NCBI GenBank assembly: GCA_947488275.1
Contig: CANKZX010000003.1
Span: forward strand, 1 to 62,052
From: Alphaproteobacteria bacterium
GTDB taxonomy: Bacteria; Pseudomonadota; Alphaproteobacteria; Paracaedibacterales; CAIOTO01
Length of the DNA: 62,052 nucleotides
Reading direction: 5' to 3'
The number at the start of each line of letters is the position of its first letter. Position 1 is the stretch's first letter. The translations under genes and the position numbers were made by a program. Shown piece by piece: positions 48,500 through 58,422 of the stretch. Under the pieces are notes generated by a model, which worked only from the letters and a program-made list of their open reading frames with translations, was not told the origin of the DNA and did not search any database.

Positions 48500-49618
48500 T
48501 TACGCACTTTCTTCCGCATGCATGAGATAACCAATACCTAAAAGCCCTGTGACAACAGGGGGAATCCAGGCGGCGAAAAATGCAGGTAGGCGATCGGCTT
48601 GACCAAAAGCCTGAATAATATTATTGAAGAAGTGAATGATAAAGCCACAGATAAGCGCGATGCCAATAAGCCTTCCTGTTGCATAATGACGTGGGTTCGG
48701 CAAACAAAAACCAACGGCTAGAACCGCCATAACGCCTAGCAAGACAATCTCAGCCCATAATCGATGCCAATAAACTTCATAGATTAGGGATGACATACCA
48801 TTTTTTTGTAGTTGCCTAATAAAAGCAGGAATACGCCAAAAGGGCATTTGATGGGGTTGAATTGTGCTGCGCTGAATTTTCTCCAGAGTCAGTGTTGTTG
48901 GGCGGTGAAGTTCACTATAAGTTTTAAGAGTGATGCCTTCATTCCATTCACGTGCATTTGTTAGAACCCATTTTCCATCGAGTAATTTGGCGTTGACAGC
49001 ATCAATACGCTTTAAAAAATGATCATTAAGATCAAATTCATAAAACGTTACCTGTTTGAATGTGCGATCATTTAATGAAAAAGCTTCAGCGTGAAAAATC
49101 GTTTTAGAAGTTCCTTCTGTTTCTTTAAGCCAAAAACCTGTAGATGAAATGGATAGACGCTGATGATTACGTTTAAGAACGCGTTCTTCAAGCGTAGCAT
49201 GCCGTGTATTCATGACAGCGGCTATGGGATTGAGTAAAAAAACGCTGAATGTTCCTATAATAAGGGCCGTTATAAATACGCCAAGGGCAATTTGTCCCCC
49301 CGATACGCCTGTAGCGCGTAGTGCTGTGATCTCCTGTACTTGGTTTAGGCGCCATAAGGCAATTAAACTGGCCAAGAAGATGATAAAGGGCAGAAGTTCA
49401 AGAATATGTTGAGGAAGGCGTAATAAAGTAAGTTCCAGCACAAAGCCAAGAGTTGCCTCTGAAATTGCCATGACGCGTCTTAAGGTTTCAAGTGCATCGA
49501 ATAACCCAATAATAACCATGAGTGATAAGGATACAACAAACAACCAAAGCATTATATTTTTTGAAACATATAAATTGGCAGCACTTTTAAGATAGCGAAG
49601 CGGCGAGACGGTTGACAT
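48500..49618 (-). CDS. lptG: LPS export permease LptG
   Basis: YjgP/Q family: LP.....L....EITALRATGVS, AAWIP. Confidence 0.85.
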   Translation of the reverse strand: MSTVSPLRYLKSAANLYVSKNIMLWLFVVSLSLMVIIGLFDALETLRRVMAISEATLGFVLELTLLRLPQHILELLPFIIFLASLIALWRLNQVQEITALRATGVSGGQIALGVFITALIIGTFSVFLLNPIAAVMNTRHATLEERVLKRNHQRLSISSTGFWLKETEGTSKTIFHAEAFSLNDRTFKQVTFYEFDLNDHFLKRIDAVNAKLLDGKWVLTNAREWNEGITLKTYSELHRPTTLTLEKIQRSTIQPHQMPFWRIPAFIRQLQKNGMSSLIYEVYWHRLWAEIVLLGVMAVLAVGFCLPNPRHYATGRLIGIALICGFIIHFFNNIIQAFGQADRLPAFFAAWIPPVVTGLLGIGYLMHAEESA

Positions 49619-49621
49619 AAA

Positions 49622-50746
49622 CTAACGCTCCCATCGTTTGTGTGTGGGGAATGGCTTTCCATAGCATGACCAAAAATCCCGTGATAAATACCAAAAACTA
49701 CCGCCGATTCCCGCTATCATTAATAGATAAGCGATATAAAGTGATGCTTCAATACGTATGCTTGTTTGAATCAGTCCCATCATAATAAGATGTATAAGTA
49801 AAACACTGCCTGCCGCACACACAATTTTCTTGCGATTATAGCGACGTCCCAATTCCCCAGAGAGTAAAATGCCAGCAATTAATAAGGCATCAAGAAGGCA
49901 TAAAAATGGCAGAAGAATGCGTTGATGGGCTTCGGCTTTAAAACGTCGCTTCATATCATCAAGCATATTTGTATCTGGATTTAACAGTTGTTTGAGTGAT
50001 TTCTCATACGCTTTTTCGGGGCGTGTTTGTGGGTTTGAAAAGTCTTCGGTTAAATCATAAACAAATTCGTCAAACGAAAAATAGCTGGATGCATGTGTGG
50101 TGGGGTTGTATTCTTGCCGTTGTCCTTTTTTAAGGAGAATCAGGATACGTTCACCACTTTTATAAACACGTCCTGTCTCAGCAAGTGTTGTATAAGATGG
50201 TAAATTATCTTTTGCGGGTTGAAAAATGAAAACACCATGGAGTTCATCTTCGTCGTTATGTTCACGAATATAAATGGTAAACCCTTTTGTTGTATTGAAT
50301 GCCCCTTCACGAAGAAGGGCGCTGGAAAGAGAACTTCGCATTAGATGTTGTTGTTCGCGAAATTTTTGAAAAGATGCTGGGACAACAATCATATTAAGGA
50401 AACCAAGAAAAAGAAAAAGACCACCAGCAAGCGTGAGAACAGGAAAAGAAAGCCTGAGGTTACTGATGCCAAGTGACCGAAAGGCAGCAAGTTCATGACT
50501 AATCATTAAGCGATGAAAGCAAAAAAGGCTGGCAATTGCGAAAGCAATAGGACTAATGATCACAAATAAATCGGGTAGCAGATAAATAACTAATGAAAAA
50601 TACGCGCCAATTGAGACGCGGTTATTGACAATTAAATCCATAAAACGCAATGATTGCGCGAGCCAAAGCGTAAATATAATCAGAATTGTGAGCATAAAAC
50701 TTACAAGAAAAAATTTTTTAAATGTATATTGAAAAAGGAGTGTCAT
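49622..50746 (-). CDS. lptF: LPS export permease LptF
   Basis: WLAQSLRFMDLIVN, ELAAFRSLGIS, EG.FN, AEAHQR. Confidence 0.85.
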   Translation of the reverse strand: MTLLFQYTFKKFFLVSFMLTILIIFTLWLAQSLRFMDLIVNNRVSIGAYFSLVIYLLPDLFVIISPIAFAIASLFCFHRLMISHELAAFRSLGISNLRLSFPVLTLAGGLFLFLGFLNMIVVPASFQKFREQQHLMRSSLSSALLREGAFNTTKGFTIYIREHNDEDELHGVFIFQPAKDNLPSYTTLAETGRVYKSGERILILLKKGQRQEYNPTTHASSYFSFDEFVYDLTEDFSNPQTRPEKAYEKSLKQLLNPDTNMLDDMKRRFKAEAHQRILLPFLCLLDALLIAGILLSGELGRRYNRKKIVCAAGSVLLIHLIMMGLIQTSIRIEASLYIAYLLMIAGIGGSFWYLSRDFWSCYGKPFPTHKRWER

Positions 50747-50813
50747 CTTAAACGTGGCAAAATCTCAAAAAAGCGTTTATATATCTGATATGTAAATTGT
50801 CAAATGGTTTGTG

Positions 50814-50828
50814 TTAACATCGCGTTAA
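50814..50828. promoter_or_regulatory. Candidate CtrA box TTAA-N7-TTAA between divergent lptF and surA
   Basis: TTAACATCGCGTTAA. Confidence 0.5.
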
Positions 50829-50881
50829 TGTCTTCGCTATCGTTAATCTACTGTATATAAATATATTATATAAGGAAACTT

Positions 50882-52159
50882 ATGTTCATGCCCAAAAAAA
50901 ATATCGTATCTGTTGCTATTTGTCTGCTATTAACGGCACATATGTCCTTTTCTGCTATTGCGTCTGAGGCTAAGAAGCCAGCCGTTTCGATTGTGGTTGA
51001 AGTGAATAACGAACCTATTACCAACGAAGATATTAGAAGGCGCATTGCCTTGATTATGTTGTCCGCGGGGGAGGGTGATCATAAAGTAACGCCTGAAATT
51101 ATGGATCAAGTTAAAGATGCACTGATTCAGGAGAAGTTACAGCGCTTGATCGCAAAGCAACTTAAAACTGTCGTGAGCCCCGCTGAGGTTGATGATGCGA
51201 TAAAAGGAATTGCCAAAGAAAATAATATGGGTATTGATGGGCTTAAAACGTTTTTTCAAAGTAAAGGTGTTGATATTGGCACGTTACGTGACCGTGTTGA
51301 ATCCAATTTGTTGTGGATTCGTTCAGTTCGACAAGCCATTGGTGCGCATACGATGATTTCGGAAGCTGATGTGAATAATGAAAAAAAGAAAATGGAAGAG
51401 AATGATAAGAAAGAACAGTTTGAGCTCGCTGAAATTGTCTTATTCATTGATAAGCCTGAAAACCAAAAACACGTAGCGTCTGAAATTAATAGTTTATATA
51501 AGCAATTGAAAGAAGGGGCGCCTTTTCCTGCGCTGGCACGAAATTTCTCTCATGCACCGTCAGGGGGACAAGGTGGTTTGGTTGGTTGGTTCACGGAAGA
51601 TCAAATGCCAGAGGAAGCAAAGAAATTGAAAGTTGGTCAGTATAGTGAACCTGTTTTGCGAAGTGGACGCTATACGATTTATTATGTGAAAGATCACAAA
51701 AGCCCAGGTCAGTCCGCTGATAGTGAAGCTAAAATGAGTTATCTTGATGTTAAGATTGAACTTTCTGAGAGCCTAACAGAAGAGGATCAAAATCGTTTAG
51801 GACACTTTTTGGAGCAGGCAAAAACAGCAACAGGATGTAGCGTGCTTAAAACACAAGCAACAGAAGCAAATATTCATGTTGATGAAATGAAGGATGTGCC
51901 TATTGCAAGTGTTCCTGATGGGATTCGAAAATTATTTGCAGAAACACCCAAAGGAAAGGCGGCGGAGCCTATTCGGTTGAGCGAAACAGACCTTCGTGTG
52001 TTTATGTTATGTGAACAAAAAGCACCTGAGAAAAAGAAATTACCATCGGATGAGGAAATTAGGATGATGCTTAAAGAACGACGGGTGCAAGAAATGGCGA
52101 TTACGCAATTTAATCGTTGGAAGTCACAAGCAACGATTCGGCATAAAGCGCCACGTTAA
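50882..52159 (+). CDS. surA: SurA-like chaperone / peptidyl-prolyl isomerase
   Basis: VNNEPITNEDI..R, LI.EKL, FPALARNFS....QGG.VGW parvulin domain. Confidence 0.85.
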   Translation: MFMPKKNIVSVAICLLLTAHMSFSAIASEAKKPAVSIVVEVNNEPITNEDIRRRIALIMLSAGEGDHKVTPEIMDQVKDALIQEKLQRLIAKQLKTVVSPAEVDDAIKGIAKENNMGIDGLKTFFQSKGVDIGTLRDRVESNLLWIRSVRQAIGAHTMISEADVNNEKKKMEENDKKEQFELAEIVLFIDKPENQKHVASEINSLYKQLKEGAPFPALARNFSHAPSGGQGGLVGWFTEDQMPEEAKKLKVGQYSEPVLRSGRYTIYYVKDHKSPGQSADSEAKMSYLDVKIELSESLTEEDQNRLGHFLEQAKTATGCSVLKTQATEANIHVDEMKDVPIASVPDGIRKLFAETPKGKAAEPIRLSETDLRVFMLCEQKAPEKKKLPSDEEIRMMLKERRVQEMAITQFNRWKSQATIRHKAPR

Positions 52160-52183
52160 TGAGTTGGGTATGTTTTTTCGATT

Positions 52184-52213
52184 AACCCCAGGGGGAATGG
52201 CCTGGGGTTTTTT
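52184..52213 (+). terminator. Intrinsic terminator after surA
   Basis: AACCCCAGG..CCTGGGGTT then T-run. Confidence 0.7.
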
Positions 52214-52261
52214 GCGATGGTTTTTGCTATAGGCTTTTAGAGATGGCGTTTTTTATCAATG

Positions 52262-52488
52262 CCGTCGTCATAGCGAGCGTAGCGTAGCTATCCAGAAAAA
52301 CACACATTTTCGACGTAACAGGCATTTCCAACGCAACAGCCCTGGATCACCACAAAAGCCTCCGGCTTTTTCGTGATGACGAGGGATGATAAAATTATCT
52401 TCTGCTGAAAATCATCGGTGTTGGGTATATTTTACCAAAAAAATTATTTTACGGATGACCACACCAGCTTACGCTGGCTCGCCATGAC
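52262..52488. mobile_element. MITE family A copy lacking left TIR (to 52429), followed by a solo REP (52453-52488)
   Basis: Same interior as 10761/56447 copies; right TIR TGCTGAAAATCATCGGTGTTGGGTATA. Confidence 0.75.
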
Positions 52489-52542
52489 GGAAACTATAGG
52501 TTTTGTTCGCCGTAATCTTGAATTGGGTTAATTCGAATTGGG

Positions 52543-52866
52543 TTAAAAAGGGAATTTCATTCCACCAGGAAGTGCCATTCCGCCTGTTACCTTTGCCATT
52601 TCACTCGCTGAATACGCATCGGCTTTTTGTTTTGTATCATGGAACGCTGCCACAATTAAATCTTCCAACATCTCAATTTCTTTTGGATCAGCAAGTGTTG
52701 GGTCAATTTTAATATGCTTTAAGTCGCCTTTTGCCGTCATCGTTACCTTAACCATTCCACCACCAGAAGCACCTTCAATGTCAACAGAACTCATTTGATT
52801 TTGAATGTCTTCCATTTTCTTTTGCAATTGCTGTGCTTGTTGTAACATTTGGTTAATTCCGCGCAT
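52543..52866 (-). CDS. ybaB: YbaB/EbfC nucleoid-associated protein
   Basis: QAQQLQKKM, GASGGGMVKV, EMLEDLIVAA; downstream of dnaX. Confidence 0.93.
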   Translation of the reverse strand: MRGINQMLQQAQQLQKKMEDIQNQMSSVDIEGASGGGMVKVTMTAKGDLKHIKIDPTLADPKEIEMLEDLIVAAFHDTKQKADAYSASEMAKVTGGMALPGGMKFPF

Positions 52867-54580
52867 GTTCAGGCTCCATTAAGGTTAAGGTTGAGTGTGG
52901 AAATTCTTTTAGGAATTCAGCTAAAAATGGGTTTTCTTTAGCGTGGTGAATTTTTGCTGTGATAGCCGCTTCACGATTTTCAATAAGCGTTGTGCCCGAC
53001 ATGACCGATGTGACATTAATTGTCCATTCAATGTTTGTTAGAGTGTGTAGCATTTTTCGAAGTTGTGTTGGTAATTGCCCAAACCGATTTGTATCAAGAT
53101 TCATGGTAATTTCACCCACACGATAGGCGGTTACACGTGCTTCATTTTCAAGATGCGTCGCCAATAAAATTTCACGCTTTTCATGTAGAAAATGAACTAA
53201 GCCTTCAAACGTATCGGGAATGATAAAAGCATCAGAAGTGGTTTCGGCGATAGTCTTGTCAGAGATGATATCAGCAGAGATAGCCTCAACAAACGTAGGT
53301 TTATTAAGTACTGAAACGGTTGTGTCACTTACTTTATTGAGAACGACAGGTGAAGCGCTGTGCATGGATGACGCTGTTTGTGTGTGCTGTCCATCTCCCC
53401 CCCCCATTGAACGATTGGATGCCGATTCAATAATTTTTTCAAGAGGCGGCAATGTGCTTAAATGACAAAAACGCACGAAAATCATCTGACAGGCTTGCTT
53501 TGGTAGGGGGTTCTTTTGAATCTCCTCATACCCTTTGGAAAGCATTTGCCATGCACGTGCTAATGCGGCGAGTCCAAGCCCTTCAATAAGAGCAAGACCC
53601 TGTTCACGATCGGCTTTTGACCAGGTTGCGTCTTCTTTCATTTTTGGCATCGTTTTAAGACACGTCAGCCAATAAATCGATTCAAGTATTTCTTGCAGCA
53701 GTAAAAGTGGATCAGCACCATCTAAAAACAATGATTCGCTGAGTGTAAGTAATGTTGCTGCATCACCCTTAAATAATGCCATTAAAAGTGAGAAAATATG
53801 GTCACGCGCTGTTGCGCCAAGCATTTCACGTACACGTTCTTCCGTTATGCCATCCCCATTATTTGATAAGGATAATGCAATCGCCTGATCCAGCAGAGAA
53901 AGCGCATCACGCATTGAACCATCACCTGCACGGGCAATTAAACCTAAGGCTTCATTTGATGCGGTAATCCCTTCTTGCGCACATAAAGCGGCAAGGTGCG
54001 CTAAAATAACAGCAGGTTCAATCCGTTTTAAATCAAATCGCATACAGCGTGATAAAATCGTATCTGGAATTTTGCGAATTTCAGTCGTTGCAAAGATGAA
54101 TTTGACGTGTGCAGGGGGTTCTTCTAATGTCTTCAACAATGCATTGAATGCGCTTTTTGATAACATATGCACTTCGTCGATGATGAAAATTTTAAAACGA
54201 CCTTTAACAGCTTTGTAGCGCGCGGATTCAATCACTTCACGAATATCATCAACACCTGTGCGACTTGCTGCGTCCATTTCAATAACGTCTAAATGACGGT
54301 CATCTTGTATATCTTTACATGATGCGCATACACCGCATGGATTTGGTGTAATAGAACCATTACCGTCAGCCCCAACACAATTAAGGGCGCGCGCAATAAT
54401 ACGGGCTGTGGTTGTTTTGCCGACACCACGAATGCCATGTAATAAAATAGCATGCGGCAAATGATTTTGATTGATGGCTTCGGTTAGGGTTTTTTGCAAC
54501 AATTCCTGCCCGACCAAATCATCAAGGCGGGTTGGACGATAACGTCGCGCGAGAACAGTGTATGATTTTTGACTCATCAA
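52853..54580 (-). CDS. dnaX: DNA polymerase III subunit gamma/tau
   Basis: LARRYRP, GIRGVGKTT, EMDAASRTG, IDEVHMLS, ALLKTLEEPP, SRC. Confidence 0.97.
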   Translation of the reverse strand: MMSQKSYTVLARRYRPTRLDDLVGQELLQKTLTEAINQNHLPHAILLHGIRGVGKTTTARIIARALNCVGADGNGSITPNPCGVCASCKDIQDDRHLDVIEMDAASRTGVDDIREVIESARYKAVKGRFKIFIIDEVHMLSKSAFNALLKTLEEPPAHVKFIFATTEIRKIPDTILSRCMRFDLKRIEPAVILAHLAALCAQEGITASNEALGLIARAGDGSMRDALSLLDQAIALSLSNNGDGITEERVREMLGATARDHIFSLLMALFKGDAATLLTLSESLFLDGADPLLLLQEILESIYWLTCLKTMPKMKEDATWSKADREQGLALIEGLGLAALARAWQMLSKGYEEIQKNPLPKQACQMIFVRFCHLSTLPPLEKIIESASNRSMGGGDGQHTQTASSMHSASPVVLNKVSDTTVSVLNKPTFVEAISADIISDKTIAETTSDAFIIPDTFEGLVHFLHEKREILLATHLENEARVTAYRVGEITMNLDTNRFGQLPTQLRKMLHTLTNIEWTINVTSVMSGTTLIENREAAITAKIHHAKENPFLAEFLKEFPHSTLTLMEPEHARN

Positions 54581-54616
54581 AGCCTAATTCAATAAAAGAA
54601 AGATATGATTTAATAA

Positions 54617-54714
54617 AGAAGATCCATCACACGACCCAAACGTTTCTGCTTCAGCTGCTTTCTTCCGAACCTGACTGGATTCACAAATAAGCTTACTCAC
54701 GCAACAGACCTTCC
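54617..54714 (-). ncRNA. ffs: Signal recognition particle RNA (4.5S)
   Basis: Minus strand GGAAGGTC..GTCAGGTTCGGAAGAAAGCAGC..GATCTTC with paired ends; canonical position upstream of dnaX. Confidence 0.9.
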
Positions 54715-54768
54715 ATTGGCACTATATCAAAGGGGCACGCTTGACACCAGAAAAAACTGTGTATGTAA

Positions 54769-55653
54769 TTACGTTGCATCGTTTACATCTTGCATATTTA
54801 AAAGCCGATTCAAATCTTGCTCTTGCTTATTGGTTGTTGATGGAACTGGGGCTATAATTTTAGGCTGCAGACGTGCCAATGCTTCTGCCTCTTGTTGCGT
54901 TGTCGCACCTGGGGTTTGATTAGGAATAAGCCTCTGCGCAGGAGGGGGCGATTGTAGTTGTGGTTGCTGCCCAGGTTGTGCGGGTTGTTGGTTCGGCGTC
55001 TGATTTTGAAGATATTGCTGTACGCCCTGCTGAACCCCCTGCTGTATGCCTTGTTGGACACCTTTTTGTATTCCTTGCTGAACGCCTTGCATCATCATTT
55101 GTGCATTTGGTATGGCTCCCTCTGATGCTTGCGGAATATCGATTTTATGCTTTTGTTGTTGTTCATTAATAAACTGATAAGCCTGCTTTGGAAGAAGATT
55201 TACGATAATATCACTTCCTTTATAAATAAGGGGTGCAAAGCGATTCGTTTGCATATCAACAGGATGTTTTTGACGTGGTACGAAACAGCTGATTAATGTT
55301 TCTAAGATACATAAAATAACAACACCGCGCCCAATACCGAATAAAAAGCCAAGGGATCGATCAATTCCCCCGAGCATACTTTGTTTAATTACCCCAGATA
55401 AGACATGGCTAATCATGCTGAAGAGAATTAAGAAAATGAGAAACAAGCCAATAGCTGCTGCAATATCGGCCATCATTGCACTTTGAATATAGCGTCTTGC
55501 GATCACTTGTACAAATGGCATGCAAACAAGCGTGAGCGAGGCACCGCCAATCCACGAAACAAGTCCCAAGACTTCGCGCGTTAACCCACGCACAAGTCCC
55601 ATAAGTGCGGAGAGCAAAGGAAGCGTAATAACAACAATATCGAGTAATGTCAT
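54769..55653 (-). CDS. cvpA: CvpA (colicin V production) family protein with Q/P-rich tail
   Basis: G..RGLTREVL.LVSW, IDRSLGFLFG.GRG. Confidence 0.85.
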   Translation of the reverse strand: MTLLDIVVITLPLLSALMGLVRGLTREVLGLVSWIGGASLTLVCMPFVQVIARRYIQSAMMADIAAAIGLFLIFLILFSMISHVLSGVIKQSMLGGIDRSLGFLFGIGRGVVILCILETLISCFVPRQKHPVDMQTNRFAPLIYKGSDIIVNLLPKQAYQFINEQQQKHKIDIPQASEGAIPNAQMMMQGVQQGIQKGVQQGIQQGVQQGVQQYLQNQTPNQQPAQPGQQPQLQSPPPAQRLIPNQTPGATTQQEAEALARLQPKIIAPVPSTTNKQEQDLNRLLNMQDVNDAT

Positions 55654-55664
55654 AGCAAAAGAAC

Positions 55665-56405
55665 CTATAATTTTTCGTTATTTATATTGATAATATTATC
55701 TGAAGACGCTGGTGTTTCTGAATGATTACCGCCTTTTGCAGGACGAAAGCCTTGCGCGATTACATAAAGCTCTGAAGATTCTTGGCGACTTGATAGCGGC
55801 TTAAAATGGGTTACTTTTGCAAATGATTGCTTTAACTGCGTGAGCAAATCTTTTTCTGTTCCACCGCGTAAGACTTTTGCAATAAAGCTGCCGCCTGGTC
55901 GTAATAAATGGAATGAAAAATGATAAACACTTTCTAATAAAAGCATCAATCGAATATGATCAACGTCCGTCATGCCGCATGCACTAGCTGCCATATCGCT
56001 CAAGATAACATCTGCTTTTTCACCAGCAAACGTATTCATAATTTGATGGTGAATCGATTCATCATTAAAGTCACCTTTCAACAAAGTAACGTCTGTTATG
56101 GGAATCATATCTTGTAGATCAACACCAACAACAAAGCCGTTTTGACCAACAATTGTTTTTGCGACTTGGCACCAACCACCAGGTGCTGCGCCTAAATCAA
56201 GAATACGACATCCTTTTTTAATGAACTTGTATTTATCATTAATTTCGATGAGCTTATACGCCGCCCGTGAGCGATAGCCATCTTTCCGCGCCTTTGCCAC
56301 GTAAGGATCGTTCAGCTGACGGAGTAACCACTGACGCGATGATGCCGTCCGTTTCTTTTTGCTATCAAGTTTTTGAATTTTTTCAGTTTTTTTAAAAGTT
56401 GCCAT
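55665..56405 (-). CDS. rlmE: 23S rRNA Um2552 methyltransferase
   Basis: WL.RQLNDPYV, YRSRAAYKL, DLGAAPGGW, SDMA, KP.SSR.ESSE. Confidence 0.95.
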   Translation of the reverse strand: MATFKKTEKIQKLDSKKKRTASSRQWLLRQLNDPYVAKARKDGYRSRAAYKLIEINDKYKFIKKGCRILDLGAAPGGWCQVAKTIVGQNGFVVGVDLQDMIPITDVTLLKGDFNDESIHHQIMNTFAGEKADVILSDMAASACGMTDVDHIRLMLLLESVYHFSFHLLRPGGSFIAKVLRGGTEKDLLTQLKQSFAKVTHFKPLSSRQESSELYVIAQGFRPAKGGNHSETPASSDNIININNEKL

Positions 56406-56446
56406 TGCAATTCATAGGGTTAAAGTATCAAAAAAAGGTAGTGTAA

Positions 56447-56653
56447 TATACTTAGCACCGATGACTTTTAGCAATTCTGCCGTCATAGCGAACCTGCGCA
56501 GCAGGTGTGGCTATCCAGAAAAACAAACATTTTCGACGTAACAGGCATTTCCACAATAACAGCCGCTGGATCACCACAAAAGCCTTCGGCTTTTTCGTGA
56601 TGACGAGGGATGATAAAATTATCTTCTGCTGAAAACCATCGGTGTTGGGTATA
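56447..56653. mobile_element. MITE family A, full copy
   Basis: TATACTTAGCACCGATGACTTTTAGCA ... TGCTGAAAACCATCGGTGTTGGGTATA. Confidence 0.85.
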
Positions 56654-56778
56654 TATCACCGAAAATATCACACCTTATGCAAAATGAACAGGTTTCATTG
56701 TTTTTTTTCAGAAAATAAGCTAAATATAAGTAGAAAATAGAAAACTCTATCTGCATTTTAACGTTGGAACATTAACTT

Positions 56779-57759
56779 ATGAAAAAAAATATCATTACAT
56801 GTATTCAATTATGTCTTTTAACAACCGTGTTTTATAATAGTATTTATGCGTCAGATGGGGGAGGCGCCGATAGCGCTATCTCTGAAAAATCAATTGATGA
56901 GAAAATCAAGGAAACGGATGAGCAAATTCGTAAAAAGGAGCAATTGCTTCAATCAAATGGATCCGATATACAAAAGTTGGTCGATCAATATAATGCGCTT
57001 ATTCAAGAACGTGCAACCAAGGCTGATGCAAAAATCATGGAACCAACAGAGCAACGTACTGAAGATGCTATTATTGAACGTTTAAAAACCCATGAAAATC
57101 GTATTGATATACTTGAAAAAGAAGTGGCAACACTCAAAGCGCTTGTTCAGAAAATAGTGCCATCAACCGCTGTGCCTGAAGAAAAAAAGGAAGAGCCTAT
57201 TTCTGATCAAAAAGCATCCGCGGCACAACCCGATATTAAAACGATTGATTTAACTACTTCTGCGCCAAAAGCTGTATCAGATACGCCCCCTGTTTCAACA
57301 ACACATATAGCGGATACAAAAGCAACCGAAGAGGCATTAAAATCACCGATTATTCCATCAATCAATACAAAAAGTCCTGCTTTAGCGCAGTACAATCAAG
57401 CAATGGCTTTGATTAATGAAGGAACGGTTGATGCATACACAAAAGCGACAAAAGCTTTTGAATTTATTATTCAGTCATACCCTGATGATGAATATGCCAA
57501 TAAAAGTTACCTGCATGCAGGGGATGCATATGCTAATGTTGGAAAATTAGATGACGCAAAACGATGCTATAAAGCGGCAATTACGAAATTATTGCCTGCG
57601 CACAGTATCATTAGTGCGCGTTTGGGGCTTGCCGATGTTTATGTGAAGCAGGCTGATAAAGAAAAAGCAGCAGAACAAATAAAAATGTTGAAACGTGAGA
57701 AATTCACGGAAGATCAACGCAATCGTTTTGATCGCATTAAACACGCATTAATGGGGTGA
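56779..57759 (+). CDS. CpoB/YbgF-like periplasmic coiled-coil + TPR protein
   Basis: Signal peptide, coiled coil, 'Y..A......Y..A...F..II..YP...YA' TPR. Confidence 0.65.
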   Translation: MKKNIITCIQLCLLTTVFYNSIYASDGGGADSAISEKSIDEKIKETDEQIRKKEQLLQSNGSDIQKLVDQYNALIQERATKADAKIMEPTEQRTEDAIIERLKTHENRIDILEKEVATLKALVQKIVPSTAVPEEKKEEPISDQKASAAQPDIKTIDLTTSAPKAVSDTPPVSTTHIADTKATEEALKSPIIPSINTKSPALAQYNQAMALINEGTVDAYTKATKAFEFIIQSYPDDEYANKSYLHAGDAYANVGKLDDAKRCYKAAITKLLPAHSIISARLGLADVYVKQADKEKAAEQIKMLKREKFTEDQRNRFDRIKHALMG

Positions 57760-57784
57760 AAATCACTTTATGCCACGATAGCCT

Positions 57785-58342
57785 TTATTCACAACCATCT
57801 TTGGTGATGGATTTTTTTTCAGGGTGAATCGTTGCTTCTACGTGTTTTGCACCATCTTTTGAAGTGAAGATCTCATAGCGATCATGTTCCATATCGAATG
57901 TGCCTTCATCACCTTTAACGTGATTTTTTCCTGCTGTAATTGTAACCGTTCCATAGCAATGAATTACTTTATTTTGCATGATGCATCGATCAGCCGTCAT
58001 TGTGCGATCAGGAAATGTGACGCGAACATGCTCAACAGCTTCGACCCATTCAATATCATTACTGAATGTATTATTGGAGGGAGTGCTTTTTATGTCATTC
58101 GAACTGTTTGAGGTGTCATTCATTTTTGCACGAATTATTTTTGCTTCTAATTTTTTAGTTACTTCATTTGTGTTAAAAATGGTAGTTGCCATGCCATCAC
58201 CACCTTCAGCAGTGGTGATGCCTTTGGTTGTGTCATAACGCATAATGGCGCCACGAATAACCATCGTGCCATCGGCATAAAGGAGAGTGAGGGTAAAGCC
58301 AACAAAAAATAAGGTATAAATAAAAGAACGTAATAAATTCAT
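57785..58342 (-). CDS. lptA: LptA/OstA family protein
   Basis: Signal peptide, beta-jellyroll pattern 'G.V.I..G.N.VKGD.G.FD'; downstream of lptC. Confidence 0.65.
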   Translation of the reverse strand: MNLLRSFIYTLFFVGFTLTLLYADGTMVIRGAIMRYDTTKGITTAEGGDGMATTIFNTNEVTKKLEAKIIRAKMNDTSNSSNDIKSTPSNNTFSNDIEWVEAVEHVRVTFPDRTMTADRCIMQNKVIHCYGTVTITAGKNHVKGDEGTFDMEHDRYEIFTSKDGAKHVEATIHPEKKSITKDGCE

Positions 58343-58422
58343 AAGATCCTAAAGCCAAAACACACGATGTTCAATGGCACCAGATTCCACAAGTCCACAC
58401 AGCGTTTAATCAATCTGACCAT

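Noticed and set aside
52853-54580. Programmed -1 frameshift in dnaX
   Set aside because: No A-AAA-AAG slippery site with downstream hairpin recognised.
135-58238. Numerous 60-160 aa antisense or alternate-frame ORFs in the track
   Set aside because: They overlap well-supported genes and show no recognisable motifs.
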